Positions 40,185-49,972 of a stretch of DNA of 64,000 nt are shown here, piece after piece (position 1 is the first letter of the stretch; each line of letters opens with the position of its first letter). The notes under the pieces are model-generated. The model did no database searches. It had not been told where the DNA came from and was given only the letters and a program-made list of their open reading frames with translations. The DNA comes from an uncultured Nitrososphaerota archaeon (GTDB lineage: Archaea; Thermoproteota; Nitrososphaeria; Nitrososphaerales; Gagatemarchaeaceae): contig OY969807.1 of assembly GCA_963703285.1 (NCBI GenBank), positions 1,216,001 to 1,280,000 on the forward strand, read 5' to 3'. The translations under genes were made by a program, and so were the position numbers.

Positions 40185-40580
40185 CTACTTGAGGGGGACG
40201 TAGAGGCTCGAGCGGCTCGCGCCTATGCCCGGCGTTCCGTGCACGACCTTCTTGTTGGTTATCACGTACTCGCCCAGGTAGTGGCCTATCATGTCTGGCT
40301 TGACCTCGAGCGCCACGAACTCCCTACCGCTGTGAACGCTGATCTTCGCCCCGACCATGACGGGGAGGATGATCATGTCCCTGGCATGGGTGCGTATCTG
40401 GCCCTCCAGCTTGCCGTCCCTCTGGGCCCGGATGTCCTCGAGCAGCTTCCTCTTGTCCTCGGAGATGCCCCTGTTGAGAGACCTCCTCGCCCGCGACGGT
40501 AGGAGCTGCAGGATGGCCTCCGTGGACATCGAGTTGAGCTGGTCGAGGGAGTAGCCGCGGTATCTGAACTCCTTCGGCAA
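40185..40580 (-). CDS. rps19: 30S ribosomal protein uS19
   Basis: IRTHARDMIILP, MIGHYLGE, PGIGASRSS. Confidence 0.97.
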   Translation of the reverse strand: MPKEFRYRGYSLDQLNSMSTEAILQLLPSRARRSLNRGISEDKRKLLEDIRAQRDGKLEGQIRTHARDMIILPVMVGAKISVHSGREFVALEVKPDMIGHYLGEYVITNKKVVHGTPGIGASRSSLYVPLK

Positions 40581-41327
40581 CTACCTCTCTACCTCCACCG
40601 ACGTTCTAGCCAACCTCTTCCTGCCGGTCTTCCTCGGTGCTATAAGCCCTACCTTCCTTCCCGGAGGAGCGTTCCTCGAGGTGCTCGTCGACTTGCCCGG
40701 GTGCTGGTGCCTTCCTCCCCCGAACGGGTGGTAGACCACCGCCATCGCAATCCCCCTCATTCTCGGATACGGCCTTCCAGCTGCCTGCATCGCGTGGTAT
40801 CTGGGGCCGGCGCGCATGAACGGCTTCTCGAGCCTCCCCCCGCCGGCTATCTCGCCGACCGTCGCTCTGCACCTCTCGTCCACGAGTATGCTCTTGCCCG
40901 ACGGGAGCCTGAGTATCGCCTTGCCGTTCCCCTTGGAGAAGAGGACCGCCGAGCCGCCCGAGGCCCTCACGAGCTTGCCCCCGTCGCCCACCCTTAGCTC
41001 GATGTTCGATATCCTCGTTCCCTCCGGGATGGTATGGAGGGGGAGGATGTTGCCAGTCGAGACGGGAGCCCCGGAGCCCAGGGAGATCTGGTTGCCGACG
41101 GCCAGTCCGCTCACGGCGGGGATGTACGCGTAGCTTCCGGTTCCGTATTCAAGCTGGGCCAGGGGGGCCGTCCGACCCCTCTCGTCCAGTATCGCCTTGA
41201 CCAGGAGCTTCTGCTCCCCTTCGGTGGGGAGGTTCGGGTATCTGACGGGTGCGATCTTGCCCTTGTGCGGAACGCGCCACTGTATTCCGCCCTTCCCCCG
41301 CCTTCTCTGCAGGATTCTCTTGCCCAT
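40581..41327 (-). CDS. rpl2: 50S ribosomal protein uL2
   Basis: MGKRILQRRRG, HPFGGG.HQHPGK, PPGRKVG. Confidence 0.97.
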   Translation of the reverse strand: MGKRILQRRRGKGGIQWRVPHKGKIAPVRYPNLPTEGEQKLLVKAILDERGRTAPLAQLEYGTGSYAYIPAVSGLAVGNQISLGSGAPVSTGNILPLHTIPEGTRISNIELRVGDGGKLVRASGGSAVLFSKGNGKAILRLPSGKSILVDERCRATVGEIAGGGRLEKPFMRAGPRYHAMQAAGRPYPRMRGIAMAVVYHPFGGGRHQHPGKSTSTSRNAPPGRKVGLIAPRKTGRKRLARTSVEVER

Positions 41328-41331
41328 CTCG

Positions 41332-41598
41332 TTACACCAATCCCAGCTTCGTGGCGAGCGTCGCCGCGGAGTTCTCCTCGGTCAGTCGCACGAAGGCCTT
41401 CTTTCCCTTCAGTGTCCTCGTCGTGTTCACACCCCTCACCTTGACCTCGTAGAGCGCCTCGATGGCGCCGGCTATCTGGCTCTTGGATGCGGAGTCCACA
41501 ACGATGAAGCAGAGCTTGTTCTCCTTCTCTATCTGTTCGAACGTCCTCTCCGTGAGGTAGGGCCTCACGACTATCTTCTGCGCGTCTTCAAGCCTCAA
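41332..41598 (-). CDS. rpl23: 50S ribosomal protein uL23
   Basis: P..TE, ENKL.FIV, VNT, KKAFVRL. Confidence 0.95.
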   Translation of the reverse strand: MRLEDAQKIVVRPYLTERTFEQIEKENKLCFIVVDSASKSQIAGAIEALYEVKVRGVNTTRTLKGKKAFVRLTEENSAATLATKLGLV

Positions 41599-42400
41599 CC
41601 TTCATCTCAACCCCCCTGCTCCTCGAACCCAGGACGTCGAGCGACGACTCGGTCCAGAACGTAAGCCTCCCCGCGGTTCCCGCCGGCGCCAGATCCAGGA
41701 GCGACAGGCTGTCGACAGAGACGACCTTCACCCCGGGAATCGCCTCGGCGGCCCTTCCTACCCCCCTGTCGTTGGTCACGACGATCAGCGGTCCTATGGG
41801 TTCCTTGTAGACGCGGCCCCTCATCCTCGGCTTGCCGGACCGCCTCTTCACCCCTCTGTAGAGGCGGCGGAGCTCGTCGGTGAGCCCGACCTTCTCAAAG
41901 AACGAGTGGAGCTCCGAGGTCTTGGAGACGCTCTCGATGTCGTCTGAGACCACCAGGGGCAGCTCCAGGGCGCCTAGGCGGTGGCCCCTCCACGCTACCG
42001 CCGCCGCGTCCGCCGTAAACGCGATGGCCGTCTCGAGAGCCAGCCGCTTCTCCTTCTTGTTGATCTTGCTGTAGATGACCTTCTCGGACTTCGAAGGGTG
42101 CGGGAGCCGTCCTCCCACCACGCTTGCAACCCCCGCGGCCTGTCCGGAGCGCCTGCTCCGTTCTCCCTTCACCCTCGGGACGCGGGAGACGCCGCGACCC
42201 GTAGGAGGCCAGCCGCTCTCGGCGCTGGTCTTCTCCCCAGCCTCGGGGTCCCTCCCGTAGGGCTGAAGGCCGTGGGACCGCAGCAGCCAGAAGGCGCGTA
42301 TCACGATGTCGGGCCTGAGCGGGCGTGAGAAGACCTCGGGGGTGGCCACGTCCTTCGTCGGCTTACCTTCGAGGTCGAGTAGCTTGGCCATTCGGCTCAT
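41588..42400 (-). CDS. rpl4: 50S ribosomal protein uL4
   Basis: RPDIV.RA, TSAES, GRGVSRVPR, INKKEKR, LAP.G.AGRLT; ATG at 42400. Confidence 0.95.
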   Translation of the reverse strand: MSRMAKLLDLEGKPTKDVATPEVFSRPLRPDIVIRAFWLLRSHGLQPYGRDPEAGEKTSAESGWPPTGRGVSRVPRVKGERSRRSGQAAGVASVVGGRLPHPSKSEKVIYSKINKKEKRLALETAIAFTADAAAVAWRGHRLGALELPLVVSDDIESVSKTSELHSFFEKVGLTDELRRLYRGVKRRSGKPRMRGRVYKEPIGPLIVVTNDRGVGRAAEAIPGVKVVSVDSLSLLDLAPAGTAGRLTFWTESSLDVLGSRSRGVEMKVEA

Positions 42401-43392
42401 CTGCCAACCCTCGTGCTGAGCTCGATGACCTGCACGGGTGATGTCTTGCCCTTGACCGCGCGGACGGGGTGCCTGACTACGACGACCCTCTTGGTGCTGC
42501 CGGGGACGGATCCCCTCAGGAGCGCGTAGTCGGTCTTCACCTCCCCGAAGTGCATGAAACCGCCCTTCCTGTCGATCGGAGCGTCCTTGGGGTTCGAGAT
42601 GGACAGGATCCTCTTCCCCGTCTCCGTCCGCTGGTGAAACCCGTGCTGCCCTGCCCTCGCGACGGTGTACATCACGGCCGCCGGGTGCCAGGGGCCGATT
42701 ACCCCGACTGCCCTGACCGACTTCCTGGACTTGTGCTGCTTCCGCTTGATCCCCATCCTCGTGACGGGGCCTTCGAACCCCTGGCCCTTGGTTATACCGA
42801 TGACATCGACGTAGGAACCGGCCTTGAAAACGTCTGAAAACTTCACGCCCTTCCCTATCAGCTTGGTGACGTAGTCCAACTGCGCCTGGGCGTCTCCGCC
42901 GCCCACGCCGACCTCCAGGACGATTGGCGCCTTCTGTGAGAGCCCGACGTCTCGGGGCACGATCGCCACGAGCGCTGTCACCCTCGCTATCGACCCAAGC
43001 TTGGGCTTCCACTCCTCGGCGAACTTCTCCGGCTCGACCGCACTCTTGAGGTCGAGGCCCTTGGGGAGGGTCTTCGCGTAGACCTCGCCGACGGCCCTGT
43101 CCGCCCCGTTCTCGCGGGAGTAGAGCCTGAGGCCGACGACGGCCGTCTCCGGAACCGCGAGGACGCTCGTCGGGTTGAAGAGAGGCTTCCCGAAGTTGGG
43201 TGTCTTCTCCCTGTCGTCGAGCGTGATGCTGTGCATCGTGCCCACCTTGACGGCCGGAAGACCGAGCAGGATGGGGGACGGGGCCTTTATCTTGGCCCAC
43301 GTATTGACGCGGGGGACGAAGCTTCCAGCGCGTGCCCTTGGTATGAAGGCAAGACTGCCCCTCCTTGGTGCGCTATGTTTACGGTGGCCCAC
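42397..43392 (-). CDS. rpl3: 50S ribosomal protein uL3
   Basis: HSAPRRGSLAF.PR, TKGQGFEG, GPWHP, GQHGFHQRTE. Confidence 0.97.
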   Translation of the reverse strand: MGHRKHSAPRRGSLAFIPRARAGSFVPRVNTWAKIKAPSPILLGLPAVKVGTMHSITLDDREKTPNFGKPLFNPTSVLAVPETAVVGLRLYSRENGADRAVGEVYAKTLPKGLDLKSAVEPEKFAEEWKPKLGSIARVTALVAIVPRDVGLSQKAPIVLEVGVGGGDAQAQLDYVTKLIGKGVKFSDVFKAGSYVDVIGITKGQGFEGPVTRMGIKRKQHKSRKSVRAVGVIGPWHPAAVMYTVARAGQHGFHQRTETGKRILSISNPKDAPIDRKGGFMHFGEVKTDYALLRGSVPGSTKRVVVVRHPVRAVKGKTSPVQVIELSTRVGR

Positions 43393-43432
43393 GCTAGAAC
43401 ACTGTGGAGTTTACCCCGATTTTCCATTAGCC

Positions 43433-43444
43433 TTTAAACTTTCG
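43433..43444 (-). promoter_or_regulatory. BRE/TATA promoter of the rpl3 operon
   Basis: Minus strand CGAAAG-TTTAAA about 40 nt upstream of rpl3. Confidence 0.6.
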
Positions 43445-43460
43445 GGTTTTCCCGAGACGG

Positions 43461-44501
43461 TGTGCTATCCCGAAATGAGTTCGCCCCTTTCTAGCTCTTC
43501 TGGGCATGGTATGTCTCTCCCGATTCCTCGTCCGTCACCATCCCTTCCTTGTCGGGCATCTTCCTCAGGTATGCCTGGTAAGGGGTCTCGATGACGTCCA
43601 GGTTCAGCGACATGTGCGGTCTCGTCACGTTGTACCACTCCATCAGCTCGTCGATGCTGCCGAAGAATCGGCGCTTGTCCTTGACCGTCCTGAAGAAACG
43701 TTCCACCTTCCCGTTGGTCTGCGGGTGTGACACCCTCGATAGGACCTGCCTGATCTCGCTCTCGATGAGGTACTTCTCGAACGCCGTCAGCCCCCTCAGC
43801 CTGTCGCCAGCCTCCACGGCGTAGAACTGTATTCCCCTGTCCGTGAGGATCGAGGCGGGCTTCCCGTGCTTCTTGATGGCTTCCTTCAGCACCTCCACGG
43901 CGTGCTCCGACGTCGCCTCGGGGAACAACCCGTACCCGACGATGAACCTTGAGGCATCGTCAAGGTATGCGATGAGCCATCCCATACCCTCGATGAGGGT
44001 CCAGTCCGTGTGCCAGAGCGAGTTCGAGTACTTCCTCTCGTATCGTACCCACTTCCTCCTCCTCTGCTTCCTCGGTTCGTCCCTCGCGAGTCCCATCGAC
44101 CTCATCACCCTGTGGATGCGGTTGTGAGGTATGTGCGTCGCGTAGTTAACCTCGATGACGCGCTCGAGGACGACCGCTCCCGCCCTGTGCCTTGCGTAGG
44201 CCTCTGCGACGACCTTCGACTCTTGTTCAGTCGCCTCGACGCGCTTCCTTCCCGGCCTCTTCAGCTCTGGTATCGCACCTGTCGTGCGATAGGACGCGTA
44301 GAGCTCCTGGACCCTCCTCACCGAGACCCCCATCGAGCTCGCTATCGCGGAGTTCCTCATCCCGTCCTCCTTCTGCCTGACGATCCACGCTACTTTGATG
44401 GGATCGAGCTTCATGTAGACGTAGAAGCGTCTTCCCCTGTTCCATACCCACCTCGCTCTAATCTTGATGGCAAGGGGGTGAACCAATTTCAGGATAACAG
44501 A
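43461..44501 (-). mobile_element. IS481-family insertion sequence
   Basis: Imperfect ~30-bp TIR (TGTGCTATCCCGAAATGAGTTCGCCCC vs TCTGTTATCCTGAAATTGGTTCACCCC); 15-bp TSD GTTTTCCCGAGACGG at 43446-43460 and 44502-44516. Confidence 0.9.
43491..44414 (-). CDS. IS481-family transposase
   Basis: HTH, LWHTDW, YLDDASR, LTDRGIQF, PQTNGKVERF, YN..RPH.SL. Confidence 0.92.
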   Translation of the reverse strand: MKLDPIKVAWIVRQKEDGMRNSAIASSMGVSVRRVQELYASYRTTGAIPELKRPGRKRVEATEQESKVVAEAYARHRAGAVVLERVIEVNYATHIPHNRIHRVMRSMGLARDEPRKQRRRKWVRYERKYSNSLWHTDWTLIEGMGWLIAYLDDASRFIVGYGLFPEATSEHAVEVLKEAIKKHGKPASILTDRGIQFYAVEAGDRLRGLTAFEKYLIESEIRQVLSRVSHPQTNGKVERFFRTVKDKRRFFGSIDELMEWYNVTRPHMSLNLDVIETPYQAYLRKMPDKEGMVTDEESGETYHAQKS

Positions 44502-45324
44502 GTTTTCCCGAGACGGTCAGGAGGCCGAGGAGATAGAGCGCGGAGGCGATGGACTCCTCGGTCCGCACGGTCGCGACGTGCTGCTCAGGGTAGAGGTTCA
44601 CGACGAGGCCGACCCTCTTCCTTAGGTCGGGTATCGTCTCGTGGAGACCCCGGGAGGGGGATCCAAAGAGGACGACGACCGAGTCCGAGCCTGTCAAGCG
44701 CCGCCGCAGCGTCTCGAGGCTGTCGGCGAGGGGCTCGCCCAGGCGCGACGTTGCGAGCTTGAGCCGGAACCTCGGGTCGGAGAGGACCTGGTCCACGCTC
44801 CTCTCCTCGACGGAGTACCCCCAGTACTCGTCGGAGCTGTTCCGGTCGGAGAGGACGCCCTGGAGCGGTCTGACCTTCGTCACCTTCACCGTGACCCTTC
44901 TGAAGGGTCCCGAAGTCCGGACGAGCTCCAGCGGGATGTCGAGCCCGATGTCGACCGACCTCCCGTCCTCTAGCACGAATCCCTCCCTGAGCTCTCCGGG
45001 ACGGAGGGTCTCGACGGGAACCTTGGGCTTGTGTGACGGGATCCTGAGTGGAGGCAGGAGGCCCGCGTACCTCAGCGACTCGTCGAGGGGGAAGAGCCTC
45101 TTCCTCAGGTACTGCGGTGTCTCGAGGTACTCAAGGACCCGCCTCATCAGCGCGGACTCGCCGCGGCCCCGCGGGTCGCGGAAGATCTGGACGAGATCGA
45201 CGCCGAAGAGGGAGCACGACCTCGCAATCTGTCCTAGCTTGACGGTCTTCTCCCTCAGCGAGTCGTGGTCCTCAAGGACCGTGTCGGGGATGGCGATGGA
45301 GAGCTTCCTACCAGCCAGCGTCAA
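44458..45324 (-). CDS. SPOUT-class RNA methyltransferase (DUF171/SPOUT1-like); C-terminus now IS-derived
   Basis: YLETPQYLRK, G.LPPL..P.H, YWGY, FGSP..GL, Q...TVRTEE; conserved position upstream of rpl3. Confidence 0.88.
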   Translation of the reverse strand: MTLAGRKLSIAIPDTVLEDHDSLREKTVKLGQIARSCSLFGVDLVQIFRDPRGRGESALMRRVLEYLETPQYLRKRLFPLDESLRYAGLLPPLRIPSHKPKVPVETLRPGELREGFVLEDGRSVDIGLDIPLELVRTSGPFRRVTVKVTKVRPLQGVLSDRNSSDEYWGYSVEERSVDQVLSDPRFRLKLATSRLGEPLADSLETLRRRLTGSDSVVVLFGSPSRGLHETIPDLRKRVGLVVNLYPEQHVATVRTEESIASALYLLGLLTVSGKLCYPEIGSPPCHQD

Positions 45325-45408
45325 GGGTCGTCACCAGTCGCAGCCTCGATAGACCTCGACATCCCCAGACGCACCTTTAACTATCTTACCTCCTCATCGA
45401 CCAGACGG

Positions 45409-45837
45409 ATGTCCGAGAGGGACAAGATAGAGTACGAGCTTCGCGGGAAGACCCTGAAGATCTACCTCTACATGCTCAAGCAGGGCAGGCCGGTCGGCGT
45501 GAGAGAGGTCCAGAGAGACCTGCAGCTCTCCAGCCCGAGCGTGGCGTTCCACCACATCGAGAAGATGGTCAGGCTGGGGGTGGTGGAGCAGGACCAGATG
45601 GGAGACTACGTCATAGCGAAGAAGGTCGACCCCGGCATACTCCAGGCATTCGTCAACGTCGGGAAGTTCAGCCTGCCGAGGGTCGGGTTCTACGCGGTCT
45701 TCTTCTCGACCATCGCAGCCGCATACTTCGTCTCCAACCTCAGCTCCCTGGACGTCTACGCGCTCATCGGGACGGTGGGAGGGGCCGCGGTCTTCTGGTA
45801 CGAGCTGCTCAGGATATGGAGGAGGAAGTCGTTCTAG
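45409..45837 (+). CDS. Winged-HTH regulator with C-terminal TM helices
   Basis: LRGKTLKIY, GVREVQRDL.LSSPSVA.HH..K. Confidence 0.8.
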   Translation: MSERDKIEYELRGKTLKIYLYMLKQGRPVGVREVQRDLQLSSPSVAFHHIEKMVRLGVVEQDQMGDYVIAKKVDPGILQAFVNVGKFSLPRVGFYAVFFSTIAAAYFVSNLSSLDVYALIGTVGGAAVFWYELLRIWRRKSF

Positions 45838-45875
45838 ATGTTAGGATTAAGAGGCGTCGGGTGGGATGTGACGCC

Positions 45876-46256
45876 ATGAACAGGGGGAACGCCCTGCTGG
45901 GCGCCTCGGCGGGGCTGGCGCTGGCCGTGGTCCTGATAGTCGGGGTGGCCCTGGCTGGGGGATGGTCGGCGCACATAGACCTGATCAAGACGAGCAGCCC
46001 GGGCGCTGCCACGAGCGAGGCCTCTACGCCGGGCTCGCAGTCGGGGACCGCCGTCTCACCTAACACGGGCGGCGAGGCCGCGCAGACGACCACCACGACG
46101 ACCGCCAGCTCGAGCGGTCCGCCGGTCTCGTCCATCAACGGGCTGGAGAGCCACGCAGGCTCCACCATAGGGGTCCTGCTGCTACCGATTGTGCTCGGGG
46201 CGGTTCTGGGTATGGTGTTCTTCGCGGCCTACGGGAGAAGAATCGGCAGAGAGTGA
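45876..46256 (+). CDS. Two-TM membrane protein with S/T-rich loop
   Basis: Two hydrophobic helices around a T/S-rich linker. Confidence 0.65.
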   Translation: MNRGNALLGASAGLALAVVLIVGVALAGGWSAHIDLIKTSSPGAATSEASTPGSQSGTAVSPNTGGEAAQTTTTTTASSSGPPVSSINGLESHAGSTIGVLLLPIVLGAVLGMVFFAAYGRRIGRE

Positions 46257-46258
46257 GC

Positions 46259-47833
46259 CTAGCCGGCCACTACCGTCTGCGACTGTTCCCTCAGGTACGA
46301 GAGGAGGTAGTTGGGTCCCCCGACGCCCTTGCCCGTGGCGCCGCTCGCGCGCCAACCCACGAAGGTCTGGGCACCCGGCCAGGCGCCGGTGGTCGCCCCT
46401 CCCTTTCTGTTCGCGTAGACCACGCCGAACTGGATCTCGTCGAGGAACCTGGCGATTTCCGCCTCGTCTTCGCTGAAGATGCCGGCTGTGAGCCCGTAGT
46501 CGGTGTCGTTTGCCTTCCCTAGGGCCTCGTCAAGTGTCTTGAACTCGTCGACGACGACGAAGGGGACGAAGAGCTCCTCCCTGAACAGCCTGTTCCCGCT
46601 GGGGACGTCGACCGCGACCGTCGGCTCGACGTAGAATCCCCTGCCGTAGAGGCCCCTCTTCAGGGTGTGGCCGCCTGCGAAGATCCTCCCCTTCTTCTCC
46701 GCCCTCCTGACCGCGTCCTCGAAGGTCTCGACCGCCGCCTTGCTGATGACCGGGCCCATGAAGGCTTCCTTGGCGCGGGGGTCCATCACGCGTATCTCCT
46801 TGACGCGCTTCTTCAGCGAGGAGAGGAACGCCTTCTTCACGCTACGCTGCACGTAGACCCGCGACGCGGCGCTGCACTTCTGCCCGCTGTAGCCGAAGGC
46901 GGCCCGGACGACCCCCTCTACGGCCTTGCCCAAATCTGCCTTCGCGGTTATTATCACAGGGTTCTTCGAGCCCAGCTCCATCACGACCGGCTTTATCCAG
47001 GGGCCCTGCTCCAGCCCGTGGTAGAGCCGCTTCCCAACGTCCATCGACCCGGTGAACGCGAGTCCCGCGACGTGCCGGTTCCTCGTGAACTCGCTCTCGT
47101 ACTCGGCCCCGGGACCCGTGACGAAGTTCACCGCGCCCGCCGGGACGCCCGCGTCCCTGTACGCCCTGTAGAGCATGAGTCCGGTGAGTGGCGCCGCGCT
47201 CGTGGGCTTGAGGACGACGGTGTTCCCCGTGATCAGTGCCCCGCTGGCCATCCCGTTCGCCAGCATGAAGGGGAAGTTGAAGGGGGATATCACCGGCCAG
47301 ACGCCGTAGGGCTTCATGACCATTGTGCAGTCCTCTCCGGGCCCTCCCGGCCCCATCTTCTCGATGTAACCCCCGTTCTCCTGCATCGAGGCGGCGAAGA
47401 CGCGGATCGCGTCCATCGCTTCCCAGACCTCCGCGAGCGCCTCGGTCCGGTTCTTCCCGACCTCGTAGCTGATGACGGCCGCGATGTCGAACTTCCTCTG
47501 GTCCATGAGCTCGGCCGTCCTGAGGAGAATCTTGACGCGTTCCTTCCAGGGGGTCCTGCTCCAGGCCGGGAAGGCCCTGCGCGCCGCGCCGACGGCGGCC
47601 TTGGCGTGCTTCTTGCCGCCGAGCGGGAAGTAGCCCACCACGATGGAGGTGTCGATGGGACTCCTCACCGCGAACTCGCCGTCCTTTGACTTCACCTGGT
47701 CGCCTCCAATCTGCATCTTGTAGTGCTTGCCGAGCGACTTGGAGAACCTCCTGATCGCCGCCTCGTACTTGGGATGAATGCTCTCGTCTGCGAAGAGCGT
47801 CACGTAGGTTATCTTTGACGCCTGATTGGCCAC
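46259..47833 (-). CDS. Aldehyde dehydrogenase (P5C dehydrogenase-like)
   Basis: ISPFNFP, FTGS, ELGSKN, GQKCSA, EELF.P, YGLTAG, TTGA. Confidence 0.9.
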   Translation of the reverse strand: MANQASKITYVTLFADESIHPKYEAAIRRFSKSLGKHYKMQIGGDQVKSKDGEFAVRSPIDTSIVVGYFPLGGKKHAKAAVGAARRAFPAWSRTPWKERVKILLRTAELMDQRKFDIAAVISYEVGKNRTEALAEVWEAMDAIRVFAASMQENGGYIEKMGPGGPGEDCTMVMKPYGVWPVISPFNFPFMLANGMASGALITGNTVVLKPTSAAPLTGLMLYRAYRDAGVPAGAVNFVTGPGAEYESEFTRNRHVAGLAFTGSMDVGKRLYHGLEQGPWIKPVVMELGSKNPVIITAKADLGKAVEGVVRAAFGYSGQKCSAASRVYVQRSVKKAFLSSLKKRVKEIRVMDPRAKEAFMGPVISKAAVETFEDAVRRAEKKGRIFAGGHTLKRGLYGRGFYVEPTVAVDVPSGNRLFREELFVPFVVVDEFKTLDEALGKANDTDYGLTAGIFSEDEAEIARFLDEIQFGVVYANRKGGATTGAWPGAQTFVGWRASGATGKGVGGPNYLLSYLREQSQTVVAG

Positions 47834-47860
47834 GAATTTTTTCGGGACGCTCTAACCTAA

Positions 47861-48523
47861 TTAAGGATTTGCGGACTGTCGGACGAGGGAGTCCGTCGGC
47901 GGCGGCGTCTCTACCAGGTCGACGTCGAAGACCCTGGAGAAGCTGTCTGCCACCTGCCTCTTCACGAGCCCCATGTCGAGCTTTCTCCCCCTGAGAGCCT
48001 CCATCGACGTCATCACATCCGGGTCGAGCCCGCAGGGCCGGATCAGGTGAAAGTAGCTCATGTCGGTGTTGACGTTGAGGGCGAATCCGTGGTAGGTGAC
48101 CCAGTTGGTCACCGCCACCCCGATGGAGGCGAGCTTCTTGTTCCCCACCCAGACGCCGGTGTGTTTCTCCCTGCGGCCTGCTTCGATCGACGAGGCCGAG
48201 GCGGCGAGGATGAGGACCTCTTCGAGCGAGCGGACGAAGTTCCTCACGTCCGGCACCTCCATCTTGATGATCGGATACCCCACCAGCTGGCCGGGACCGT
48301 GGTAGGTGGCGTCGCCGCCCCTCTCCACCTGGAAGACAGGGACGCCAAGCGGCCTGAAGTTCTCCGCCGTGGTCTTCCTGCCCAGCGTGACCACGTGCTC
48401 GTGCTCGACCAGGATGAGAGTGTCGGGGATCTGCCCCCTAGAACGGGCTTCGACGAGGGCCTTCTGCAGCTCCCAGACTTCGGCGTAGGGCCTCGTCCCG
48501 AGGTCGACCAGGGAGGCGCTCAT
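47861..48523 (-). CDS. lipB: Octanoyltransferase LipB
   Basis: EH..V.TLGR, RGGDATYHGPGQLVGYP, KLASIG, HGFALN, PCG. Confidence 0.95.
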   Translation of the reverse strand: MSASLVDLGTRPYAEVWELQKALVEARSRGQIPDTLILVEHEHVVTLGRKTTAENFRPLGVPVFQVERGGDATYHGPGQLVGYPIIKMEVPDVRNFVRSLEEVLILAASASSIEAGRREKHTGVWVGNKKLASIGVAVTNWVTYHGFALNVNTDMSYFHLIRPCGLDPDVMTSMEALRGRKLDMGLVKRQVADSFSRVFDVDLVETPPPTDSLVRQSANP

Positions 48524-49917
48524 GGTCTCAGCTGGTGTATCGGTCTGCCTGAGGCCGACTCCGAGGCCTCCATAATCGCCTCCGGAAGGGTCGGGTGGGG
48601 ATGGATGGTCAGCGCCAGGTCCTCCACGGTCGCTCCCATCTCGATGGCCAGGGCGGCCTCGCTTATCAGGTCCGAAGCCTCGGTTCCGACTATCTGTACC
48701 CCTAGCACCAGGCCGGAGCTGGTCTCGGAGACCACCTTCACGAAGCCATCGGTCTCCCCTGCCGCGACGGCCCTCCCCAGCGCCGCGAACGGGAACCTCG
48801 TCTTCTTCACTTCGTATCCGGTTTCGACCGCCTCCTTCTCGGTCAGGCCGACCCCGGCGACCTCGGGGTCGGTGAAGATCGCCCAGGGGATGACGTTCCA
48901 TCCCGCCGCCGTCTTGAGGCCCGCCGCAGCCTCCGCTGCCACGATCCCCTCCTTCTGTGCCTTGTGGGCCAGGAGCGGCGTCCCCCTGACGTCGCCTATT
49001 GCGAAGACGGACGGCGCGCTCGACCTCATCTGGTCGTCCGTTGTGATGAACCCCTTGGCGTCGAGCTTGACGCCCGCCAGTTCGAGCCCCAGACCTGCAG
49101 TGACCGGCTTCCTCCCCACGCTGACGAGAATCACCTCCGCGTCCAGCTTGGCCTCGCCCTTCGGTGTCTCCACCGTGGCCAGGACGCCGTCCGCGGTCTT
49201 CTCTACCGAGACAACTTTGGACTTCAGGAGTATCGAGGCGCCCCTCCGCTCGAGGCTCCTCTGGACGTACCTTACGAGTTCGGGCTCCGTCCCGGGGAGC
49301 AGCTGGTCCATGACCTCGACCACCGCGATCTGCGACCCGAGCCGCTGGTACATGCCTGCGATCTCCAGCCCGATGTATCCGCCTCCGACCACGAGGATCT
49401 TTCTGGGGAGCCTCTTCAGCTCCAGCGCCTCCCTCGAGGTCAGCACGGTCCTGCCGTCAATCTCGAGGCCCGGGAGCGAGGCGGGGCTCGAGCCGGTCGC
49501 CACGACAATGTGCTTCGTCGAAAGGTCCTCCGTCCCGCCCTCACTCTTCACCCGGACGACGTTCTGTCCGGCGATCGTCGCCTCCCCCTTGATCACCTCG
49601 ACCCCGTAGCCCTTGCAGAGGTTGGCGACCCCCGTCTCCATCGTCCGGACCACCCCGTCCTTCCAGGATTGCAGCGCCTCGAAGTCTATCGACAGCCCTT
49701 CGGCGCGGATGCCGAACCTGGAGCCCTCCTTCACCTTGTCGAAGGCCTTTGCGACCGAGATGAGCGACTTGGAGGGGATGCAGCCCGCGATGAGGCACTC
49801 GCCCCCCAGGCGCGCCTTCTCGGCGAGGACCGTCTTGAGGCCGAGCTGGGACGCCCTGATGGCGCAGACATAGCCGCCGGGCCCACCGCCTATGACGACG
49901 AGGTCTACATCTCTCAA
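48520..49917 (-). CDS. lpdA: Dihydrolipoamide dehydrogenase (E3)
   Basis: GGGPGGY, GGECL..GCIPSK, HPHPTLPE. Confidence 0.96.
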   Translation of the reverse strand: MRDVDLVVIGGGPGGYVCAIRASQLGLKTVLAEKARLGGECLIAGCIPSKSLISVAKAFDKVKEGSRFGIRAEGLSIDFEALQSWKDGVVRTMETGVANLCKGYGVEVIKGEATIAGQNVVRVKSEGGTEDLSTKHIVVATGSSPASLPGLEIDGRTVLTSREALELKRLPRKILVVGGGYIGLEIAGMYQRLGSQIAVVEVMDQLLPGTEPELVRYVQRSLERRGASILLKSKVVSVEKTADGVLATVETPKGEAKLDAEVILVSVGRKPVTAGLGLELAGVKLDAKGFITTDDQMRSSAPSVFAIGDVRGTPLLAHKAQKEGIVAAEAAAGLKTAAGWNVIPWAIFTDPEVAGVGLTEKEAVETGYEVKKTRFPFAALGRAVAAGETDGFVKVVSETSSGLVLGVQIVGTEASDLISEAALAIEMGATVEDLALTIHPHPTLPEAIMEASESASGRPIHQLRP

Positions 49918-49972
49918 CGGAAGCTTCGCGTCCCGGCGCGTTCCAATCTCCTTAAACGTTCCTGAGGACCGG

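Noticed and set aside
41588-43300. 570-aa uL4, 646-aa LeuC, 475-aa IlvE, 385-aa IlvN and 346-aa LipB as fusion proteins
   Set aside because: The N-terminal extensions are off-frame read-through of upstream genes; homology starts at the internal starts given in features.
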